A stretch of 63,946 nt of DNA, the filler included, from Dugesia japonica (Eukaryota): the NCBI GenBank assembly GCA_001938525.1. It is 6 parts of 6 records of this genome, joined end to end, with 100 filler letters (N's around TTAATTAATTAA, not from the genome) between each part and the next. Parts side by side here need not be neighbours in the genome. Positions count along the whole stretch, not along the records: positions 1 to 10,840 come from MQRL01639557.1; positions 10,941 to 21,579 come from MQRL01497257.1; 4 more parts are not named here. One strand, written 5' to 3'. The translations under genes and the position numbers were made by a program. This document shows, piece by piece, positions 1 to 12,162 of the stretch; position 1 is the stretch's first letter; each line of letters starts with the position of its first letter. Under the pieces are notes generated by a model. The model was not told the origin of the DNA. It saw only the letters and a program-made list of their open reading frames with translations, and searched no databases.

Positions 1-65
<65 letters not shown>

Positions 66-256
66 TATAATCATCAATAACAATTCATTTAAAATAAAAG
101 CTTCGATCAAAATTTTTTGTTTTTTTTGGTTTTTGATAATAATAAGAAGACAAAGCCGAAATATCGAATTGCTATCAAAAACCAAAAAAAAATTTTGATC
201 GAAGCTTTTATTTTAAATGAATTCTGAAAAACAATCAATGGTTTTTTTAAATAATC

Positions 257-312
<56 letters not shown>

Positions 313-345
313 TGAAATAATAATAATAAATAATAATAATTATAA
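1..345. repeat. (AAT)n microsatellite tracts (1-80, ~257-345) flanking a foldback element
   Basis: Directly visible trinucleotide runs. Confidence 0.95.
83..223. mobile_element. Foldback element, Penelope-like pLTR derivative with partial hammerhead motif
   Basis: Inverted arms AATTCATTTAAAATAAAAGCTTCGATCAAAATTTTTT / AAAAAATTTTGATCGAAGCTTTTATTTTAAATGAATT; internal GAAGACAAAGCCGAAATATCGAATTG matches the hammerhead copy at 49219-49255 without its CTGA. Confidence 0.7.
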
Positions 346-1574
346 TTGTAGTTTTCAGTATTTTATTTTTTGATAATTTCATCTATTTGAAAATTTATTT
401 TTTAATTTGAAATTTTAAAAGACCATATTACAGCAAATATCTAAATATATTTAAGTAGTTATTCTTCATCTAGTTTTCTCAAAATTATCTATAATTAACT
501 ACCAGTTTAGGTACATATTATTTTAATTTCTGTTTACAGTTGGTTCAGTTCATATTCGGAAGCAATGTGGATAAATAATAACAGGTCAAGCATTGCTTGA
601 CAATTTATCCAAAGGTTGATCTGTTTCTTATTGAAACTATGGAAATCCACAATGAAATCAAGTAAGTAAGTCAGTCAGATCTCTCTATTGGAAAACCTTC
701 TATAATTAGTTATGGAAACGATTAACGAACTTATTTTACTGATATTAATATTTGGCCGGTGGTAAAACGTTAAAATATCACACTTCCAAAATAACACACA
801 TATGTGAATTAGATAAAAAAATTCAATTATATAATCAAACATAATACAAATTAAGGAAGGCACAACAGTGTCTATATAAGTTGGTCACTCAAACGTTATT
901 TAATATTTATTTAATATACTAAAACCAGAAAAAACCCAGCGACAACTATGTTCAATTTGTTTCTTTTATGGCTATTAGTAACGAATAATCATGGTCCATC
1001 AAACTAACATGAATTTAGAAGTAAGACAATGACCGCTAGCATTTATTTCTATGCATAAGAGTACTAATTAGCTCCATGAGTATGGCATATTATTCTAATA
1101 TTAGAACTAGCGGTCCTCGAGTTGTAATACCAGATTCAATAGTCAAATAAAAATCATCGGTATACAAAAGATCACTAAATACTGAAATGGAAAATAATTT
1201 ATAAATTTTATTATCGAATTATATTGGAACAGAAAAATTGAAATTATCAATAGTTGAGAATTCTCGTATCTTAATTACCTTAATATCATTAAAACACTCA
1301 TTGTCAAATCAATAATAGAACACAAAAATATCTTTTATTTTGTCAATTCCAGTTAAAAGTACTAATTATTTACACCCCAAAAATACATTTCAAATTACCA
1401 ATAGTATCTCTTTCGTAACAAGTGCTAACATAACTTGTACTTATGTCTACTTCACCAAGAAGTAGTAATAACCACTACTTTACTATCTCGTCAAGTATTG
1501 GCAGTAATAACAACTACCACTCGTCTAAAAATTTACTTCACCAAAGTAGATAGAAAGGAGGACTCGAGAACAGT

Positions 1575-2030
1575 GGGGGGGGTCCTGCCATTGTAATGGT
1601 AATAATAATCACGAAATAGTATCGTAGGTATTGTGTAGTCATTACGTAATAACAGATAAAAGTTGCGCAGTCGTTATGTAATCATGGCGTAATCGACCCA
1701 AAACGATTTCTCAATTACGTAATCGATAGAAACTTGTTACGCAATTAATACGCAACCACCAAAACTCGACTTCCCGTTACGTAAACGTTACGTAGTCGTA
1801 CGAAAAACTTTTCAATTACGTAACCCATATGAAATCATTATGCAATTTTTATATAATCGCACGCTACAATTTCCCTTAATTACGCAATCATTGTGTAATT
1901 GTTATGTAACCGATAATTATCATTACACAGCCATTACATTATACTTATGTAATAATTACCTAACGATTGCATAATTGTTTCCACCATTACCATAGCAACT
2001 GTTTCCATTACAACCATCACATCCAGTAAG
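1575..2030. repeat. Degenerate TTACGTAA-motif array, probable non-autonomous DNA transposon
   Basis: Many ATTACGTAAT/TTACGCAA/TTATGTAA variants, bounded by a G-run (1575) and CCAGTAAGG (2030). A related motif and G-run occur at 14813-14965. Confidence 0.5.
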
Positions 2031-2284
2031 GATTTTTTTAAAAATAATTTTCTTTTCTCAAGAACTATGTCATGTTACACATCATTCGATGCAGAATTTT
2101 ACGCTGCTCACGAATATTATAGTTTCAAAGTGTTGAATAAATTTTTTAAAAACAAATAATAAAAAAAACAATATAGATATAATTAACAATAAAACAACAA
2201 TAGTAAATATAATAAGTTAAAATTAAACAATTCTTTTTACAAAATTATATTATTTTTCAAAAATATTTACAACAAATATATATT

Positions 2285-2430
2285 TACAACGAGTTATGCC
2301 CATATGCCACACTGCTATTTTGAGAAGTCCAATTCATTTTGTCATCAAAAGATTTCTTTGTTTTTTGAATGGTAAATAATTAATGGTTTACTGTTCCAAT
2401 TCTGCTTTGAACTACTCGTTCTTCTTCATC
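2285..2430 (-). pseudogene. Polinton pPolB C-terminal remnant
   Basis: Minus strand reads RIGTVNH*LFTIQKTKKSFDDKMNWTSQNSSVAYGHNSL*, matching the NH.L.TI...DDKR...YGH tail of Polinton PolB (compare the end of 22177-25707). Confidence 0.75.
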
Positions 2431-2912
2431 ATTATTAAATATATTATGGTTATTTGAATGAACAGTGTAAATATACTTGTTAAATTGTGTATGTATTTAG
2501 TTTATGAATTTAGATATTTAAGTTTCTGTATGTATTATGCATAATCTATGTTGAGTTTAATAGGTTTATCATGTCTAAATACTACAATAACCCTAAATGA
2601 TCTATAAGACTAAAAACTTTAAATTACCCTATAGAACTATATCAGAAACTTTAAACTATTCTGTTTACCGTATAAAAACCATATAAAATCATATAAAATT
2701 ATATAAAAATCGTATAAATATCATATAAAACTTTATATATACAACATACAGATTGATTATAAATTGCTTATAAGTCATTATAAAAGCTTATAAAAATATA
2801 TAAAATCATAAAAACCATTATATAACAAAATCTACATTTGAAATTAATATTTATTAAACGAAAAATTCAAATTATTATACATATTATTTTTATCTCTGAA
2901 ATTAATATCAAA

Positions 2913-3218
2913 TCATTCCTTTATAGTTGAATATTCAGGTTCAAAAATATAAAAATTAATTGTTTCTTTCGGTGTAGGAATAATACCATGCACTGTTTTG
3001 CATTGATTTCCTCTCATCATTTGATGACAATAAGGTTTCTCATTCTCGAATAAAAAAGTATAATCGTCACTGAAGACATGAAACTGTCTTTCTTCTTTTG
3101 GAACTCTAACAGGAATACTTTTATTCATTTTAGTTTTCATTTCTGGTTTCATCATCTTTCTTAATTTGTTCTGAAGTGTTGATTGTACAGAAGTTTTTCT
3201 TTTATTTGTTATCTCCAT
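2913..3218 (-). CDS. Hypothetical protein inside the decayed Polinton segment (5' end borders an N gap)
   Basis: About 100 codons of open, non-repetitive sequence between the PolB remnant and the TIR; no family recognised. Confidence 0.35.
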   Translation of the reverse strand: MEITNKRKTSVQSTLQNKLRKMMKPEMKTKMNKSIPVRVPKEERQFHVFSDDYTFLFENEKPYCHQMMRGNQCKTVHGIIPTPKETINFYIFEPEYSTIKE

Positions 3219-3659
3219 TTNNNNNNNNNNNNNNNNNNNNNNNNNNNNNNNNNNNNNNNNNNNNNNNNNNNNNNNNNNNNNNNNNNNNNNNNNNNNNNNC
3301 AATAGCTGTTTCTTTAATAATTTTATTATACATAATTATTGCAAAATGACAAATTTATTTGGATGTATATAATGGACAAAGAAATGTTAGAAATACACAC
3401 TTAAATTATGTTACGTTGTGATATTTTAAAATATTTTACGTTGTGTTTTTTAAAATTTTTTGATACACACTTACAAAGGGGATAGAAAAAATATGATACA
3501 TACATACAAAGGGAATAGAAAAATTCTTTTGACACTCGACATTATAAAAGTAGTTACTTTTAAAATTTTTCACAATTTTCAAAAAATTTTTTTTAAAAGC
3601 TACAATTTTGATAAGTAAGTTTGATATTTTTTTTATCTCTTTTATATATTTTTTAGATT

Positions 3660-3907
3660 ATGAACAATAATAATAAAAGTATATTGAGAACATTGTTGAG
3701 CGAAGAAAAGGTAAACTATTTTCATTATTATTATTAATTAATTATTTTCAGGTTATGAACCATATAAACAATAATAAAAATATGAATTCGACAAGTTTAA
3801 TGATGGATAATGTAAATTTATTCTTATTATTTAATGACTATTAATTTTATTTTAGAATTATAATAATTCAAATTAAGTATGAAGAGGTATCAAGAGTTTA
3901 TGTTAAG
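3660..3907 (+). pseudogene. Three-exon mini-gene with 41- and 44-nt introns
   Basis: Exons 3660-3710, 3752-3811 and 3856-3907; AAG|GTAAA or AT|GTAAA donors, TTTTCAG/TTTTAG acceptors, phase 0; early stop in exon 3. Confidence 0.5.
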
Positions 3908-4089
3908 GTAAATTTTTTATTAACACTTAATAGTTGTTAAAATTAAAATTTTAAAAGAAATGTTTTTTTAAAAAAAAACATTTAAAAAAATTTTTTAAAA
4001 AAATTAAAAAATAATTAAAAGAAAAATTAATAAAAAAAATAACTTTAATAAAAAAAACAAAATAAAAAAATTAAAACATTAAGACAAAA

Positions 4090-4530
4090 TAATATTAAGT
4101 CTGCACGAGGATTAAGGGTTATGGTAATTATTAAACCTGTCCGAATGATAGTTGACATTGACCTACAAATAGTTGTCACGGAAATGACATTGATCTAATT
4201 TCATTTAAATTGGAACTACTTTCATTCGACCTTGATATATTCCAATAATCAGATGACTAGATACTATCTCATTTTGACCTAGAAATGTTTCAACCAATCA
4301 GATCGCAGGATACTATATCACTTTTTTTGACCTGGAAAATATTTTGACCAATCAGAATAGAGTATAATGTATCAGTCTGACCTTGAAAAATTGACCTTCA
4401 AATTTTCCACCAATCAGAGTTGAGTATATTAGATCATTGACCAATCAGAATAAAGTAAACTGTATCAGTGACCTTGAAAAAAATTCTTCTCGGCGGGAGG
4501 GGTGATACAGTGCGCTAATATCTACCTACT
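4090..4530 (-). mobile_element. Polinton-type terminal inverted repeat arm
   Basis: Ends in CTACT (minus: AGTAGGTAGATATTAGCGCACTGTATCACCCCTCCCGCCG), the AG/AGTAG start typical of Polinton termini. Subterminal TGACCT and CCAATCAG repeats; abuts a truncated Gypsy pol. Confidence 0.65.
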
Positions 4531-7500
4531 CACAAACCTCTTGACAAGCTTATACGGAATGATTATCTTCTGATTATTTTCACTTTCTTTTAATTATAAA
4601 TTATCTTTCAACAGTATCCTATCTAATTTATGAAAATACACAGAATCTTGGATCAACTTTGGTACTATCGAAGAACGGTTCATAATAAAAACTTTAATTG
4701 CTTCCAAAACAGAATTCTCATCTTGAGCGGCACGATACATTTAAATATTAAATTAGTCTGATGAAATTGCATTTCAAAATCTTACTCTCCTCTTTTCTAT
4801 TTTTCTTTCTTTGTGTTCACTTTGACATTGAGAACAATAGATCAATAATATTCTGGATAGCTCGTCTGCATTGTTATGGTTTTCAGCCTTCCGATATTTC
4901 AGATCAAAATCATAGCCAGATAATTCCCTTAACCATGTATGAAATTGTGGACTTATTGGTTTTGTCGTGGACTTCAAAAATTTGAGTGCTTCTGTACGTA
5001 TATAAAATTTCTTACTGTATAAGTAGTGCTTGAAGTATAGCACATACTCATATATAGCTAATAACTCCTTCCGTGTCACACAATAATAGTATTTAAAAGC
5101 CTCGATCCATATGCAATAACCTTTTTACATCCATCTTGTACCTGATTAAGAACAGCAACAATATCGCTATAACATGCATCTGTGTCTAAAATAAAATAAA
5201 AATATTTGTTTGTGAAAGCCAATACTAGAGTATTTGATAAAGAATGTTTAGTTTCTGGAAACTTTCTTGACACTCTTCATCCCCCTGTATGTCTTTAACA
5301 TGTCCGTTAGTAGCCTCATATAATGGTTTGGCAATTTGAGCAAATTTAAAAACAAATTTACGGTAGTAATTTGCCAAGCCAAGAAATGACTGTAATTGCT
5401 TGGTGCACTTTGGAATTTCCGCTTCAGAAATTTTCTTTATTATACCATTATTAGTACTTATTCCCTCTTTTTATATTTTATGAACTAAAAAACTAAGTTC
5501 AGTTTTATACAGATTACACTTCTTTGGATTAAATCTTAATCCAGCTTTTTGTATTCGTTCAAAGCCTTTCTCTAGGTTCCTATCGTGTTCTTCCACTGTT
5601 GTCCCGTAAACCAAGACATCTTCTAAATACGCCGCGACTCCGTTATAAAGGATATCCTCGAATAATACATGCATGAGACTTGGAAAATTCTCTGGGGCTG
5701 TTGACAACCCGAACGGCATTCGGTTATAGCGCAACATGCTTTTTTTTGTCGAAAATGCTGTTTTCAATTGTGACTATTCATCCACGTATACTTGTTAATA
5801 AGCTTGTCCTAAATCTAATGACAAAAAAATGGAAGCTCCTGCCAACGTATCGAATATGGTTTGCGGATCTAACATGGGGAAACTAAATTTCTCTGTAACC
5901 TCATTAATTTTCCTATGGTCCTGGTACATCCTAATCGTTCCGTCCTTCTTTCCCACAACTAGGAGTGGCGAGTTCCATGGACAATGACGCTTCTTAATTA
6001 TACTCATTTTCAACAACTTCGATATCATATCATCCACTTTAGATTTCTTTTGTATCGCCATTCCTCTTGGAATTTGACTTATTAGAGTCCCTACTGTTTT
6101 TATACAATGTGTTACCAGATTTTTACATCCTAAATCGAACTCCGATGTCATAAAAATAGTACCATATTCCAATACTAATTCTGTGAACTTGACAATTTAT
6201 TGGATCCAAATATATTTTAAGCCCTTTGTCTTCTTTCTTCATCCCGATATGTGAAACCTAAGACTTCCGAATCTATTGAATTCATTGCGACTCTCGATAA
6301 AAGCTTCAATCNNNNNNNNNNNNNNNNNNNNNNNNNNNNNNNNNNNNNNNNNNNNNNNNNNNNNNNNNNNNNNNNNNNNNNNNNNNNNNNNNNNNNNNNN
6401 NNNNNNNNNNNNNNNNNNNNNNNNNNNNNNNNNNNNNNNNNNNNNNNNNNNNNNNNNNNNNNNNNNNNNNNNNNNNNNNNNNNNNNNNNNNNNNNNNNNN
6501 NNTCTCCACTTATCTTCTGACATCACCGTTACTGCTGTGCCCGTATCCCATAACATCTCTATCATCTTTCCACAACGTTCAACCAAACTCCACCATCTAC
6601 CATCTACCTTCTTGAACATCATAGCATTTTGATTTCCTGCATTTGCAGCATTTAATTCAACGACTCCACAGACGAAATATATGCCATGGAGCGTATGTCG
6701 TTTAAATTATGATCTTGTCTATTTGTGTTTTGATCATATATATTAGCTTCAATCTCTTTCTCTTCGAAATCTCTGCTTTCATCATGTTTCATATCGTCAT
6801 AGCTATATGCTAGATCGCCTGAATCATTTTCTTCATGAATACACGAACCTTTTTTGTGCTATTTTGCATTAAGCCACAATTATTAAAATAATGATTGTCC
6901 TTATCACAAATCAAACAACACTTATTCAATGGACAGTTGTTTCTGACATGACCGGACTCACCACAACAATGACATTCACCTGGTTGAAGTCGTCGTTATT
7001 CGGGCTCAGGGAACCTTTTCGCTCTGTTATATACTCTTCTTGCTATATACTTCATGGAAACCATAGGTCTTTAGGGCTTATCGTATTCGTTCAACTTCTC
7101 CACAAGTTGTCTTTTCTCTGAAACCTGCAGTCCTATATTTGAGTTGGAATACTGTCTCTCTTGATTATTTACCAATGGTTTGATTACCTGTGGTATATTG
7201 TGTCTAATTGGCCTTTTAATACATGTTACTGCTGCGTATGTCGATCCATGTTCTATTTGGCTATCTTCAATTGCAATAACTTCTGACTTTTCTTCAATAC
7301 TCATTGAATTTTCAAAATTTATGGTCAATTTCTCAATTTCTTCCAAGGACATATCTGGCTTCATTGCGATTGACTCCTTTACTTTCCCGGAACACATTCA
7401 TTTTAAAATTATATCTTTCACGATCATGTTTTTTGTTTGCTTCACCGACAAAACTTCTTTTACCAACTACCTCACTCTAAAAGCAAAATTCTCATACCTT

Positions 7501-8371
7501 TCATTTGATGGTCGATTAACTTGGCTCAAATCGTCGATCTTTTGCAAATGTTTTTCGACTTGATGTACTTTGAACTATACCAATTTCTTGTATCTTCATC
7601 TGACGGAATCTTTTTTTTTCTTTAAAGGCTATCCATAATTCCTTCGCGTTACCGTGCAGCAATAAATAGAATGCTGTAGTTAATTTGAAAGAATTTATGG
7701 TTACAAAATCTCCAATTGATTGTAGCCACTCTTTCGCATCTTCTTACTTGTAGCCAAAAAACATTTCTATTATTGGACAAATTGTTTCTTGAACATTCTT
7801 TGGCAACGATTCTACAATTTTCATCCGCTGCTGACTCTTTGTGAGAACTGTGATTTCATCTTGTTCGCCAGTTACAGTACTATCTTGACACATTAAATAG
7901 TAATACGCTTTTCAAAAATTTATTATAATACAATTACTGAATATTTAAACAACAATATTATCTTATTGTTACTAAATCAAAATACTTATTTTTACGTTTT
8001 TGTTTTAATGAGGAATTTTAATTTTTTTTAGAATTTGTAATTGAGAATTTTCTTGGTGTAAATAAAAAAAATGTTTAAAACTAATAATTCAAATTGTTTA
8101 ATACGTATATAAATATCAGATTAGGGCTAATCATCTAATTTATAGTAGAATTGAAATGATATATTTTCCATCAATGGCAACATTAATGATATAGTACGAT
8201 AAATATTTAAAAATTTTATTTTATTTTATGAATTAGAAACAGTGGTTTATCTAGAGTAAATCTAAGGTAAATAAATCTGATGATTAAATTTACAATAAAT
8301 TTGTTTATAAAATGTATATAATTCAAAATTCAGTTATATTATTCAATAACTAATTCATCTGAGACATAACA
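4531..8371 (-). mobile_element. Decayed Ty3/Gypsy LTR retrotransposon (gag, protease, RT, RNase H, truncated before the integrase core)
   Basis: Protease LWDTGTAVTVMSE (6239-6622); RT PWNSPLLVVGKKDG, LDLGQAY, RMPFGL, YLEDVLVYG (5471-6172); RNase H FILDTDAC..VIAYGSRLL (5076-5273). Many stops and frameshifts; the 5' LTR boundary (TGTTATG at 8371) is tentative. Confidence 0.9.
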
Positions 8372-8494
8372 CTGTAATACATATTGGTCTCAGTGTTTCC
8401 TGTTTATTTAGTTAACAAATAAAATTTGAAACTTTGGATATTAAAAATTTATATTTGATGTTACTGCACGGTTATAATAACACCTTGAAAATTA

Positions 8495-8561
<67 letters not shown>

Positions 8562-8611
8562 NNNNNNNNNNNNNNNNNNNNNNNNNNNNNNNNNNNNNNN
8601 NNNNNNNNNNN

Positions 8612-8671
<60 letters not shown>

Positions 8672-8690
8672 TATTACCATTATTAATATT
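8495..8690. repeat. (TTA)n microsatellite with internal gap
   Basis: Directly visible. Confidence 0.95.
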
Positions 8691-9239
8691 ATTATATAAT
8701 GTTAGGATCTGCCCATTAATTATGTCAACAGTTTTCAGGAAATTTTGAACTCCCTCTGGTCAGCAACTATCAAGCTTTCAGTAACCCCTTTAATAAAATT
8801 GCCAATAAATGATTACCCAAAAATTAACAATATTTTAATTAATATTGCTTATTCATCGTAAAATATTGTGTTGCTGAGTAATTATCATGAACATCATTAT
8901 CCCCCTCAAACTTCTTTAAATCACATCCCCTTGATTTTGTTGATATAATTAATGAACAGCCCTTTATAAATTATATTAAAAATTTTATATTTTCAAATAG
9001 AACAAAAAGTGTAAATTTTATACACCAGTTATTTAATATAAGAATAAAATATTAATTCAAATCTAATTACATTATTTTAAAATTTTACTTTGATGCTTAT
9101 TTAATGGTACTAAGTTCTTTTATTTTCTCTGAATTTTCTAAAAAAATGTTATGGTTTTGTACTAAATTTTAATATTAAGTTAATTATTTTTTAAACTAAT
9201 ATGATTAAAGATTATTAAGCCAGAATTCAAAATGAATTA

Positions 9240-9790
9240 CTCCTTGGTAATCTAAGAAGACACTCTATAATACTTTCTTTGAGTAAAGTCCTGGTTTTCG
9301 TACAGGTACTTGAATTTTGTCTCGAGATTACCACTGGATTTTTCTATATGGATTCTCAAACATTATCCACTTTTTCTCTCCAGTCACAATCCACTTCAAA
9401 AATGATTCTTTTAAATGTCAAATGATTAATGACTAGTCTGTCTGGACTCGAATTGATTTCAGTTTTGGGCTTAAAGTGTGAGGAACCCAAACACCGCACC
9501 TATTGGTTTTCCGATCTGTTTCAAATGTTTCCATACACTGCTGACAATAAATTGTAGGAGAGCCGCCCATTCTTCTAATTTTTGTTTCGGGTCTCTTTCG
9601 ATAATGGTATTAAACGCATCATTATCCACTACAGTGTGTCAATACCCTCTCAGTAATGTTAACCAAACTAAGACTGCCAGTATAAAACCTATCATTTAGC
9701 ATTTAGAAACAGTTTGCGGATATTGAGAAGATTACCATGAACAGCGTTGATAGTTTCGGTGGTAACAGTGGAATCTAATCCACGTTTAAA
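9240..9790 (-). mobile_element. Non-LTR retrotransposon 3' remnant (restriction-like endonuclease)
   Basis: Minus strand KTEINSSPDRLVINHLTFKRIIFEVDCDWREK resembles the PD-(D/E) RLE motif; multiple stops. Confidence 0.4.
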
Positions 9791-10840
9791 CTCATACAGA
9801 ATGCAATGGTGAATATAAATTGTATTTGAAAATTTTCACCCATCTATAAATACAAATTATGAAACTATTATATATTTTAATTGTAATTAATCTACACAGT
9901 TCATATCAGGTGTTGAATTGAAATTAATTAACAAATAAATTAACAAATGAATTAACAAATAACCAAACATGTATAACCTGCCGTATTATCATATGAAATA
10001 TTATTAAGATAAAAAAACCCATGAAGTTTATATAAGAATCCAAATACACTTATACCTAACGAGACGATCGCCCTGTATATGGGTTTTTGCTTAAACGGCC
10101 TACTTTAATTTTAGCACAGCCCAAAAGCTTTTGTCATACGCCAAAAAATCACACACGAAAAAATAAACAATGAACATATTTTACTGCGTTATCGCTTTAG
10201 TCTAGTTACATGTGCTTGTAAGTAGACGCATTTAATGTTATTGAAATCGTATGGGTTTGTATCAAAATAATTGATTCGGTACACAGCTTTTCGCTTTATT
10301 CCTAGCTTTTCCGGGACGTATCTATGCGATAAAGTGATGTTTAAGCATATTGAAATATATTTATTGCAAACTGATAAAAATTATCGCAAACTGGCGGTTG
10401 TTTTAAAAAATTTATTTTACTAATTATTTTACAATAAATTTTGTTATTAACCCGTTTCGTACCATTTTTTATATTTCATATATCACGTTATAGCACATGT
10501 TAACAATTGTCATAGAAAAAATAAATCCTTGTAACTCCACGCCATCAATTTTACCTTAATATATTATTGTAGAAATAAGTAAAAACTACTTTAATTAATA
10601 AATTACTCACATAGAAGTGTTAGAATTACCTTAGTAATCTACTCAGCTGGATCATCATTACTCAAACCCGANACATGCAGAGTACTACAGTTTGGTACCA
10701 CGATGTTTCTTGTTTTTAGCTACGCGACTCTATCACATATGTTTTACATTATGTGTATGGCACCCATTATAGAACCAATGAAATTATGTGAATAGTTAAC
10801 AGTTTCATTACGTTAACATTTTGGTAGCTTAGCAGCTTCT

Positions 10841-10940
10841 NNNNNNNNNNNNNNNNNNNNNNNNNNNNNNNNNNNNNNNNNNNNTTAATTAATTAANNNN
10901 NNNNNNNNNNNNNNNNNNNNNNNNNNNNNNNNNNNNNNNN
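10841..10940. other. Artificial contig spacer N44-TTAATTAATTAA-N44
   Basis: The identical 100-nt spacer with stops in all six frames recurs five times. Confidence 0.97.
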
Positions 10941-11249
10941 TAATTTTACTATTGCTACCATGATATCCAATATGATTAATATTATTTTACGATGATCGTT
11001 ATGATTTAATCATTACAATAGTATTGATCTCTTTCTGACAATACTATTAAAGTCGTAATTTATTTGCTACTTTAGATTATTATTATAATGAGATATTAAG
11101 TTAATAGCAATGTTATTATTCCGTTTGGCTTTCGTCGCAGGTACCGTTGCTACAGCTACTGGTTCCGTCCGTATTATTGTCGTAAATATCAATATCACTA
11201 CTAGGAACCACACGAAAATTTATCGTTATCAAATCATTATATTTCATTA

Positions 11250-11480
11250 TCGAATAATGAAATTCAGATTAAGAGTGAATTAATCTGGTACATTTTGATG
11301 ACAGAGAATAATCCATAACTCCTGCTCAGTCAACAACTCTTTCAGCGCTGACCAAGCCAAACGTTTGTGGCTGAAGTGCAGATTGCGGCCAGCATGGATG
11401 GACAAATTGCAACTGCCACCAATTGGGCTTATTATGAAGTGATATTAAATACGAGCCATATCACCCATGACCCCAACATC
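11250..11480 (+). repeat. Internally deleted copy of the dispersed repeat at 47475-48160
   Basis: Shares AATAATGAAAT.CAGATTAAG, the AEVQIAA..DGQ.AT.TNW coding segment and the end GAGCCATATCACCCATG.CCCCAACAT. Confidence 0.8.
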
Positions 11481-11550
11481 AATATATTTTGTCTGAATAT
11501 ATTTTATCTGAATATATTTTGTTTGAATATATTTTATCATAATATATATT
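11481..11550. repeat. 15-bp tandem repeat (AATATATTTTRTYTG), about 4 copies
   Basis: Directly visible. Confidence 0.85.
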
Positions 11551-11614
11551 TATAATTACAATTATTATGAAAATAATTATTGGACAATTAACCATTGATC
11601 GCATTTTGGATTTC

Positions 11615-11704
11615 ATTAAAATAAAGAAAAAGCTTCGATCAAAATAAAATTTATTTTTAAAGAAATTCATTTTATTTTGATCGAAGCTTTTTCTTTATTT
11701 TAAT
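11615..11704. mobile_element. Short foldback copy of the AAGCTTCGATCAAAAT family
   Basis: Perfect inverted arms ATTAAAATAAAGAAAAAGCTTCGATCAAAATAAAAT. Confidence 0.75.
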
Positions 11705-12015
11705 AATATATTTTGTCATAATCGTTCATGTATTTCGTTTGTTATAATTATAATTAAAAACTTGTTATGATGAAATATAATTTAATGTGTTTGTAAGGGA
11801 AACAACAGGTAACATTTAAAATTTGGCAGAGAAAATTTAGAGCATCTGCATATCTACGATAATAATGTGTGTGATCTGATTTACTGCTGGATTTAATAAT
11901 TTTATTTCATACAACACGTTGTGACCATATTGATCTCCTACTTTTTGTATCTGTTTTGGTTAACAGCCAACGTTAAATAATTTAAATATTAAATATCAAT
12001 GTTTTTTTCTTTTAG

Positions 12016-12162
12016 GCATGCTATAATGTGAATGAAGCTAAAAAATTTTGGGATTTAATGAATATTTTTGAAAAAAAAACTGGAATTCAAATTCCTAATT
12101 GGCTAAGTACTCATCCTCTTAGTGCTCTTCGTGCAAAGCAACTGGAAAGTTTAATGCCAACT
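12016..12162 (+). CDS. OMA1: Exon of mitochondrial metalloendopeptidase OMA1 (peptidase M48, C-terminal part)
   Basis: TTTTAG acceptor, GTAAG donor, 147 nt, phase 0. ACYNVNEAKKFWDLM...IPNWLSTHPLSALRAKQLESLMP matches the AC.D....FW..M...PEWLSTHP...R pattern of OMA1. Confidence 0.85.

Noticed and set aside
3068-3092. CTGAAGA..GAAA hammerhead-like string
   Set aside because: No stem II or stem I pairing; lies within an ORF.
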